Source: an uncultured Candidatus Saccharibacteria bacterium
GTDB taxonomy: Bacteria; Patescibacteriota; Dojkabacteria; SC72
NCBI GenBank assembly: GCA_964403155.1
Contig: CAYOEG010000002.1
Coordinates: 74,296-138,295, forward strand
Direction of reading: 5' to 3'
DNA: 64,000 bases
Below are positions 57,727 through 64,000 of this stretch, in pieces (position 1 is the stretch's first letter; the number at the start of each line of letters is the position of its first letter). The position numbers were made by a program, and so were the translations under genes. Below the pieces are notes generated by a model. The model ran no database searches. It was not told the origin of the DNA and was given only the letters and a program-made list of their open reading frames with translations.

Positions 57727-58131
57727 ATGGTAGAAGTGAGCTCATCTGAATGGGATTTTGAGGTCTTAGACACCACAGAATTTCTTCAAAAATTCTCAGA
57801 AATAGCCCAAATAGAATATGCAAAATTCGGTTTAGCAGGATACATTGCTGTTGTCGCAAAAGATCCACGAGGAATGTTCCATACAGTAGCATTGGGTGTT
57901 AATGAAGAAAGCGGAAGAAAGGGCTGGGGAGCAGGAGTTTCCGAGCCAAGTGAACGTGCAATTGCTACGTTAACTGGTAAGCAGACAAGAGTGAGATCCA
58001 ATGTAATATTTATAAATGAAACCCATGTCATATGTGCCATAAGTGATGACGGAAAAGGATACCCTGAGAAGAACGACGAAAGAGATGCTCAAATAATACA
58101 GAATGTATTAATAGAAATGTGTGGAGAATAG
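57727..58131 (+). CDS. Orphan module gene 2
   Basis: 134-aa ORF; TATAGTATTAT upstream. Confidence 0.7.
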   Translation: MVEVSSSEWDFEVLDTTEFLQKFSEIAQIEYAKFGLAGYIAVVAKDPRGMFHTVALGVNEESGRKGWGAGVSEPSERAIATLTGKQTRVRSNVIFINETHVICAISDDGKGYPEKNDERDAQIIQNVLIEMCGE

Positions 58132-58134
58132 CAG

Positions 58135-58175
58135 ACTCTGATATAATCATATACCTAATAAATTAGTAATCTAAA
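58135..58175 (+). repeat. Perfect 41-bp direct repeat, copy 1 (duplicate of ftsH promoter/leader)
   Basis: actctgatataatcatatacctaataaattagtaatctaaa, identical to 58849-58889. Confidence 0.95.
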
Positions 58176-58328
58176 ATTGTAATTTGGATGCCTGTAGGTC
58201 TTAGTAAACATATTTCCAACGATATAACCTTATAGTATAATTATCCTTGATATTTATATATCATTAGCTCGTTTTCCAACCGTCAGCTATTTTTGATGGA
58301 TCATATTCATTCCAAGAGGAGATAAAAA

Positions 58329-58766
58329 ATGAATGCAAAAAGGAAGGCTAAGGTCTTGGCAAGAAAGGCAGCATCCTTGACTCCTTATCGTGGTGTCGTT
58401 GGTGTTGCAATGTTCGAGAAAGGAAATCTGTGTGTGTGTTGTGTTTCATTCAACACAAGTAAAGATTTCTGGGAAGCTAATATCATGCGCGAAGAAGACC
58501 AAAAGTTTGATCCCGTAGCACTGGAACGAAATCTTATGTGTTTTGCTGCTGCTGATGTATCAGAGGCTTTTGAGGAATTCGTCTGTGATTCAGCCTTTTG
58601 TGGTAATGAGGATAAAAATAGGGACACGGATGAAGATATTTCTTTAAGCAATGAAACTCCTGTGTCTTGCGCGTATATCCTCGATCCCAATACCGCTGCT
58701 TCAATAGTGATTAGCCCATACGCACCGGCTCTTCAATACGATCTTCTTAAAAAAATGAAAATATGA
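58329..58766 (+). CDS. Orphan module gene 3
   Basis: 145-aa ORF with AAGAGGAG RBS; CTTATAGTATAAT at 58229-58241. Confidence 0.7.
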   Translation: MNAKRKAKVLARKAASLTPYRGVVGVAMFEKGNLCVCCVSFNTSKDFWEANIMREEDQKFDPVALERNLMCFAAADVSEAFEEFVCDSAFCGNEDKNRDTDEDISLSNETPVSCAYILDPNTAASIVISPYAPALQYDLLKKMKI

Positions 58767-58781
58767 TAACCAAACGAGCAT

Positions 58782-58812
58782 CCGACAGGTGTAAACAAAA
58801 TACACCTGTCGG
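58782..58812. repeat. Module hairpin B
   Basis: CCGACAGGTGTA-aacaaaa-TACACCTGTCGG, perfect 12-bp stem. Confidence 0.9.
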
Positions 58813-58848
58813 TACGTTCAAGAAATCTTTCCTTTAGAATACTAATAT

Positions 58849-58889
58849 ACTCTGATATAATCATATACCTAATAAATTAGTAATCTAAA
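58849..58889 (+). repeat. Perfect 41-bp direct repeat, copy 2 (ftsH promoter/leader)
   Basis: Contains TGATATAAT; ends 2 nt before the ftsH ATG. Confidence 0.95.
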
Positions 58890-58891
58890 GA

Positions 58892-60754
58892 ATGGATAAC
58901 ACAGAACCAAAAAAGAAAGTTGTAAAAATAGATATAAGGAAATTACCACCCCAGAGAAGAGTAAACATCCCCAGCATTATCGTCTCCGTAATCCTAACCC
59001 TAGCATTAGCAGGAGGATTCTTTCTCTTAAGGAATTTGGGAAGTAAGGGAACACAAGTAGCAGTAAGCGAAATAGTAACAGACATCTCTGATAAGAAATA
59101 TGAAAGTATCCTTTTGAAAGATGACACCGTTACTTTGCAGGAAAGGGACACAAACAACCTTTTGTTTAAAAAATTCGCATTACTACCACAAGGAACAGAC
59201 TTCTACCAAGTACTCTCTGATTCTGGAATAAATATCAAAGATTTGAAAAATGACTACTACGAACCAGCAGTAGGAATATCGTTTAGTGACATAATCAGCA
59301 TAGTATTCCTAATTGTTGGAGGTATATTAGTCTTCATTATGGTAAAAAACATGCAAGCCTCTGGTGGTAAGATCATGGATTTTGGAGAGAGTAAAGCAAA
59401 GTTACTCTTTGGAAAGAAAACAGGTATCAATTTTGACGATGTAGCGGGAATAGAAGAGGTAAAAGAGGAGTTAACAGAGATTGTAGATTTCTTGAAAAAT
59501 CCTAAAAAATACCAAGCTGCAGGCGCAAGAATTCCAAGAGGAGTATTACTAGCAGGAGCACCAGGAACAGGAAAAACATTACTAGCTAAAGCCGTCGCGG
59601 GCGAGGCCGGAGTACCGTTCTTCCATACCTCTGGTTCGGAATTTGAAGAGATGCTTGTGGGTGCAGGTGCATCTAGAGTTAGAGATCTGTTTAAAAAGGC
59701 AAGAAGTGCATCTCCATGTATCATCTTCATAGATGAAATAGATGCAGTCGCAAAAAAAAGAGGAACAGTACTACATTCTGGAGCAGGAGAACAGACATTG
59801 AACCAGATACTTGTAGAGATGGATGGATTGGAAGCAAGAGAGAATGTAATTGTACTTGCAGCCACAAACAGACCAGACGTATTAGACCCTGCAATTTTAA
59901 GACCTGGAAGATTTGACAGAACTGTAGTAGTACAGATGCCAGATATGAAAGGAAGAAAGGCAATACTTGAAGTCCATGCTAAGAACAAGAAGCTCGAGGA
60001 AGGTGTTGATTTAGAGGTATTAGCAAAGAAGACAGTTGGATATTCAGGAGCAGATTTAGAAAATCTCCTTAACGAAGCAGCTATCATGGCAGCAAAAGAA
60101 GATCGTAAGAAGATTAGCCAAGCAGATATCATGGAGGCATATCTTAAAGTTAAGCTTGGGAGAAAGAAGAAGAATGATAAAGGGGAAGAGGATATAAAGA
60201 CTGTTGCATACCATGAAGCTGGGCATGCAGTTGTTGCAAGATACACAGAAGGTTCCGATCCAGTAGAGCAGGTATCCATAATTTCGAGAGGAATGGCGGG
60301 TGGTGTAACAGTATATCTTCCGGAGAAAGATAGCGCATTTGTTTTTAAGAAGCAATTAATTGCAAGATTAAGAACTGGAGTAGCAGGAAGAGCTGCAGAA
60401 GAAATATTCTTGGGAGACATATCAATGGGGGCATCTGGAGATATTGAACAGATAACCGAAATTGCAAAAGAAATGATCACTCAATATGGAATGAGTGAAA
60501 AATTAGGAATGGTGAAGTATGGTGATATGGAGGAGACAAAACATCTCGGATACACATATGGTGGAGGTAAAGATTTTAGTGAAAAGACAGCACAACTCAT
60601 AGATGAGGAAATCAAAAAGATGGTTGATGACGCATATGATTATGCGAAGAAACTACTCAAGGATAAAAAGGAAGAAGTTGAAAAGCTAGTGTCCGCGCTA
60701 CTAGAGAAAGAAGTTGTTACAAGGGAAGAGTTTGAAGCACTTCTGCTTAAGTAG
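58892..60754 (+). CDS. ftsH: ATP-dependent zinc metalloprotease
   Basis: 2 TM, GAPGTGKT, FIDEID, ATNRPD.LD.A.LRPGRFDR, HEAGH. Confidence 0.97.
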   Translation: MDNTEPKKKVVKIDIRKLPPQRRVNIPSIIVSVILTLALAGGFFLLRNLGSKGTQVAVSEIVTDISDKKYESILLKDDTVTLQERDTNNLLFKKFALLPQGTDFYQVLSDSGINIKDLKNDYYEPAVGISFSDIISIVFLIVGGILVFIMVKNMQASGGKIMDFGESKAKLLFGKKTGINFDDVAGIEEVKEELTEIVDFLKNPKKYQAAGARIPRGVLLAGAPGTGKTLLAKAVAGEAGVPFFHTSGSEFEEMLVGAGASRVRDLFKKARSASPCIIFIDEIDAVAKKRGTVLHSGAGEQTLNQILVEMDGLEARENVIVLAATNRPDVLDPAILRPGRFDRTVVVQMPDMKGRKAILEVHAKNKKLEEGVDLEVLAKKTVGYSGADLENLLNEAAIMAAKEDRKKISQADIMEAYLKVKLGRKKKNDKGEEDIKTVAYHEAGHAVVARYTEGSDPVEQVSIISRGMAGGVTVYLPEKDSAFVFKKQLIARLRTGVAGRAAEEIFLGDISMGASGDIEQITEIAKEMITQYGMSEKLGMVKYGDMEETKHLGYTYGGGKDFSEKTAQLIDEEIKKMVDDAYDYAKKLLKDKKEEVEKLVSALLEKEVVTREEFEALLLK

Positions 60755-60766
60755 TAGAATCTACAT

Positions 60767-63445
60767 ATGAATATACAAAGATCCTCTAAGGATATCTTCC
60801 TCGCCATTGACGCTAATGCCATAGTTCATAGAGCTTTTCATGCGTATCCATCCAACCTTCAAACAGAGGATGGTATCCAAGTAAATGCGGTATATGGGTT
60901 CACAACAATGCTACTCGAAGCTTTAAAACTTTTTCACCCAGAATATGTGTTGTGTGCATTTGATACTAAAGCACCTACATTTAGACATACAGAATTCGCG
61001 GAATACAAAGGAACTCGTAAACCTACGGATCAATCATTGCTAGATCAGTTTCCCCTTGTAGAGGAGGTGTTAAAAGCTTTCAATATTCCCATCATTAAGA
61101 GAGAAGGTTTTGAAGCAGACGACACATTAGGAACAATCTCCAAGATGGTAGATACGGGAAAGTGGAGTAATGAAAACCTAGATCTGTACATACTGAGTGG
61201 GGACAGAGATCTCCTGCAACTTGTTAAAAACGATATAAAGGTGTGTTTACCATCTGGGAATTTCAAGAACCTTGTGGCATATGATACCGAGGAAGTATTT
61301 AAATATATGGGAGTGTATCCACACCAAATTATCGATTACAAAGGTATTGTGGGAGATGCATCAGATAATATACCTGGTATTAAAGGTATTGGGGAGAAAA
61401 CAACAGTCGAGCTTCTTAAGGAATATGGCGATATGAATACCATATACAAAAATCTCACCAAACTTAAACCAAGATTGCAGGTGCTTTTTGGAGAAAGTAT
61501 TGAACAGGCAGAAATGAGTAGGAGATTGGCAACAATAGAGCAAAATATGGATATCAGCATTAAGTTAGAGGAGTGTAGGACAAAGGATTTCGATAGAAAA
61601 AACGTTTTAGAGGTATTTAAAAAATATAGTTTTAGATCATTGATGAACAGATTAGATGAGATATTTGGCAAAGAGGAGCAATTTAATTCTCCGCAATTGA
61701 ATATCTTCGAGACTGCGACAAATACCGACATACAATGGAAGAGTAAAGAAGATTTCAAATCTGAAATTAGGTCTGCACAATCGATCGTGGTTGCAAATAT
61801 CGCTTCGTATGAGTCATATAGCGGAGAGAGATTTTTTGCAGTCAGGTTTGTTAATGGAGACCAGAGTCACAAAGATCTACTATTCAAGGATATCGATTTG
61901 AGAGGTATCAAGGGTGTAGATATGACCTTCTACAATTGGGAAGATCTGTCCTCAATTGAGGATTGGAACATTGAATATGAAAAAGCCTTCGATGTACTAA
62001 TTTTTGCACATACCATAAGCTCGGGAAAGAAGATAGAAGGATTTAAGGATCTAGCCTTTGACTATGCAGGGAAAGTGTTTAATGAAAAACTCTCTCCTCT
62101 CAATATGTCCGATATTTTAGATGCAGTTATGGAAATCAAAGAAAAGGAAATTAATAGGGCAAATAATACAGAATTGTACGAGTATACAATGAAGAGTGTA
62201 AGGGAATTTCTGAAGATAGGTGAGGACTACCTTGTAAATATTCATAGGAAAATAGAAATGCCAGTATCCGAGATATTGGGTAAGATGGAACGAAGAGGTA
62301 TAAAAGTAGATATTGGGTATCTTGAAAAACTTAATGACGAAGTAAAACAAAAGCTTGATGGACTGGCCAAGGATATCTTTGGTTCTGTTGGGCATGAATT
62401 CAATATCAACTCCCCAAAACAATTAGCAGATGTCTTGTTTAATGAACTTCAGCTCCCAACAACTGGCAAACAATCAACGAGAGAGGATGTCCTGTCAGGA
62501 TTAGTTGGAACACACCCATGCGTGGAGAAACTTTTAGAATACAGAGAAGTATCAAAAATATATGGTACATATACATCTCCATTACTTGAAATGGCAAAAA
62601 ATGATTCCAATACCGCCATCCATACAGACTTTAAACAAACAGGAACTACCTCAGGAAGATTCTCTTCCACAAATCCCAACATGCAAAACCTTCCAGCCTC
62701 TGGAGATTGGTCTGTTAAACTCAGGAAAGCCTTTGCTCCTAATGATGGATTCAAACTAGTGGGGATGGACTATGCACAAATGGAGTTGAGAATAATGGCT
62801 GATATGTCAAAGGATGATTTGCTCATAAAGGATTTCTTGGATGATCTTGATATACATAAAGCAACCGCAGCTAGAATCATGGATAAGGATATTGGGAATA
62901 TAACGAAAGCAGAGAGAAGTATTGGGAAAACGGTTAACTTTGCAATACTTTTTGGGCAAACGCCATTTGGTCTATCTAGGTTGCTAAATATTGATGCTCA
63001 AAAAGCTTCTGAATATATTAGGCACTATTTCGAGCACTATGTAGGAGTGGAGAATTACATAAGAATATTGGAAAAAGAAGCCTACAAACATGGCTATGTA
63101 CAAAGTATGTTTGGTATGACTAGAAGAATTGCAGCAGTTAAGTCAAAAAATATCACTGCACGAAGGGCTGCACTTAGAGAAGCTGTAAATATGCCAATAC
63201 AGGGTACCGAAGCAGATATCATGAAGCTAGGGATGGTAAAGATTAACGAGCTTATAGAGAAAGAATTCCCAGATCAAGCCTTTACATTACTTCAGATCCA
63301 TGATGAGCTAGTATTTGAAGTTAAAGAGGATAGGGCGGATGAATTTGTAAAGAAAGTATCAGATCTACTCAAGAATGTAGTGGCACTGGCTACCACGCTA
63401 GATGTTCATGCAAGCATAGGGAATGATTTGTCCGAATTGAAGTAG
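60767..63445 (+). CDS. polA: DNA polymerase I
   Basis: 5'-3' exonuclease motifs (EADD, GDRD, GDASDN), DYAQMELR, K.VNF, LQIHDEL. Confidence 0.96.
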   Translation: MNIQRSSKDIFLAIDANAIVHRAFHAYPSNLQTEDGIQVNAVYGFTTMLLEALKLFHPEYVLCAFDTKAPTFRHTEFAEYKGTRKPTDQSLLDQFPLVEEVLKAFNIPIIKREGFEADDTLGTISKMVDTGKWSNENLDLYILSGDRDLLQLVKNDIKVCLPSGNFKNLVAYDTEEVFKYMGVYPHQIIDYKGIVGDASDNIPGIKGIGEKTTVELLKEYGDMNTIYKNLTKLKPRLQVLFGESIEQAEMSRRLATIEQNMDISIKLEECRTKDFDRKNVLEVFKKYSFRSLMNRLDEIFGKEEQFNSPQLNIFETATNTDIQWKSKEDFKSEIRSAQSIVVANIASYESYSGERFFAVRFVNGDQSHKDLLFKDIDLRGIKGVDMTFYNWEDLSSIEDWNIEYEKAFDVLIFAHTISSGKKIEGFKDLAFDYAGKVFNEKLSPLNMSDILDAVMEIKEKEINRANNTELYEYTMKSVREFLKIGEDYLVNIHRKIEMPVSEILGKMERRGIKVDIGYLEKLNDEVKQKLDGLAKDIFGSVGHEFNINSPKQLADVLFNELQLPTTGKQSTREDVLSGLVGTHPCVEKLLEYREVSKIYGTYTSPLLEMAKNDSNTAIHTDFKQTGTTSGRFSSTNPNMQNLPASGDWSVKLRKAFAPNDGFKLVGMDYAQMELRIMADMSKDDLLIKDFLDDLDIHKATAARIMDKDIGNITKAERSIGKTVNFAILFGQTPFGLSRLLNIDAQKASEYIRHYFEHYVGVENYIRILEKEAYKHGYVQSMFGMTRRIAAVKSKNITARRAALREAVNMPIQGTEADIMKLGMVKINELIEKEFPDQAFTLLQIHDELVFEVKEDRADEFVKKVSDLLKNVVALATTLDVHASIGNDLSELK

Positions 63446-63494
63446 ATGATATAATTGTAACAATCAATAAATTTATCACGATTGTGGATAACCA

Positions 63495-63875
63495 ATGGTA
63501 AACTCCTCAAAACATAGTGATGGTGTATGGAGCACAATTTTGACACTTGCAGGTGTAGCTGCTGGTGTATTTTTGATGGCAAAACTTACACACCAAGAAA
63601 CATCTAAAGTGCCTATGTCTAAAGAAAGTGATCCAAAGCCTAAGCTCGAAGAAAAGATCACAGAACCCAAGATGGATGGTGGAAATGGTAGGCAGCAAAG
63701 AATCCTTGCCGTTGTAAAAGAGAAGGGGATGATTACTCCAAAAGAACTGCAATCACTACTCCCAGACGTATCTACTAGAACATTAAGGAGAGATATGGAT
63801 GCTCTGGCTAAGGCAAAACTTATATCTCAGAAAGGTAGCACTAAATCAACATTTTACAAATATATAGGGAAGTAA
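63495..63875 (+). CDS. Protein with N-terminal hydrophobic helix and C-terminal DeoR-type wHTH
   Basis: RQQRIL...VSTRTLRRDM..L...G.TKSTFY. Confidence 0.75.
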   Translation: MVNSSKHSDGVWSTILTLAGVAAGVFLMAKLTHQETSKVPMSKESDPKPKLEEKITEPKMDGGNGRQQRILAVVKEKGMITPKELQSLLPDVSTRTLRRDMDALAKAKLISQKGSTKSTFYKYIGK

Positions 63876-63877
63876 CT

Positions 63878-64000
63878 ATGGATAGAGTATCATTCAAAAA
63901 AGTATGTGAGGTATTCCAGCAATTAGAGGTGACAGATTCTAGGAATGAGATGACTCAATATCTTTCTGATTTTCTGAAAACACTCGATCCAAAAGACGCT
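63878..64000 (+). CDS. Probable ATP-dependent DNA ligase, N-terminus (truncated by window)
   Basis: MDRVSFKKVCEVFQQLEVTDSRNEMTQYLSDFL resembles the N-terminal domain of archaeal-type ATP-dependent ligases; only 41 codons visible. Confidence 0.55.
   Translation, partial: MDRVSFKKVCEVFQQLEVTDSRNEMTQYLSDFLKTLDPKDA

Noticed and set aside
59257-60480. 407-aa ORF antisense to ftsH (similarly 51776-52396, 26237-26767, 1503-2036)
   Set aside because: Shadow frames of conserved genes with no recognisable motifs
1-64000. CRISPR array, cas genes, IS transposase, prophage, rRNA
   Set aside because: None seen; the repeats found occur in only 2-3 copies without regular spacers
1-64000. Alternative genetic code (UGA = Gly or Trp)
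   Set aside because: Core genes are full-length under code 11, and TGA ends genes such as rnpA and the NYN gene

Overview
Low-GC (about 33% by eye) bacterial chromosome window that spans the replication origin (jag-yidC-yidD-rnpA-rpmH-[orphan]-dnaA-oriC-dnaN). It uses the standard bacterial code. The gene content points to a Patescibacteria/CPR genome, possibly Dojkabacteria/Microgenomates-like (inference): short ValS and MetG, a VirB2-like pilin array, a VirD4-like ATPase, an FtsA-like plus baseplate-J-like pair, a DUF4012 fusion and an ATP-dependent ligase. About 65 CDS, 7 tRNAs and tmRNA are supported. The most notable observations are: (1) three orphan genes between tRNA-Met and ftsH built as repeated modules, with covarying 12-bp hairpins, flanking inverted repeats, a hairpin half-site and a perfect 41-bp duplication of the ftsH promoter; (2) a transcription-type T-box upstream of valS with an ultrashort Stem I and a Val (GUC) specifier; (3) a tRNA-Ile with a UAU anticodon; (4) a NYN RNase gene facing a promoter-driven structured antisense element; (5) pervasive -10 boxes 5-9 nt before start codons, suggesting leaderless mRNAs, including a 27-bp bidirectional promoter at rpoD; (6) a pseudo-response regulator and a kinase-less sensor near oriC; (7) a 26-aa tmRNA tag; (8) an EcoRI-fold restriction system in an island after tmRNA. 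Family assignments come from motif recognition only; no searches were run.
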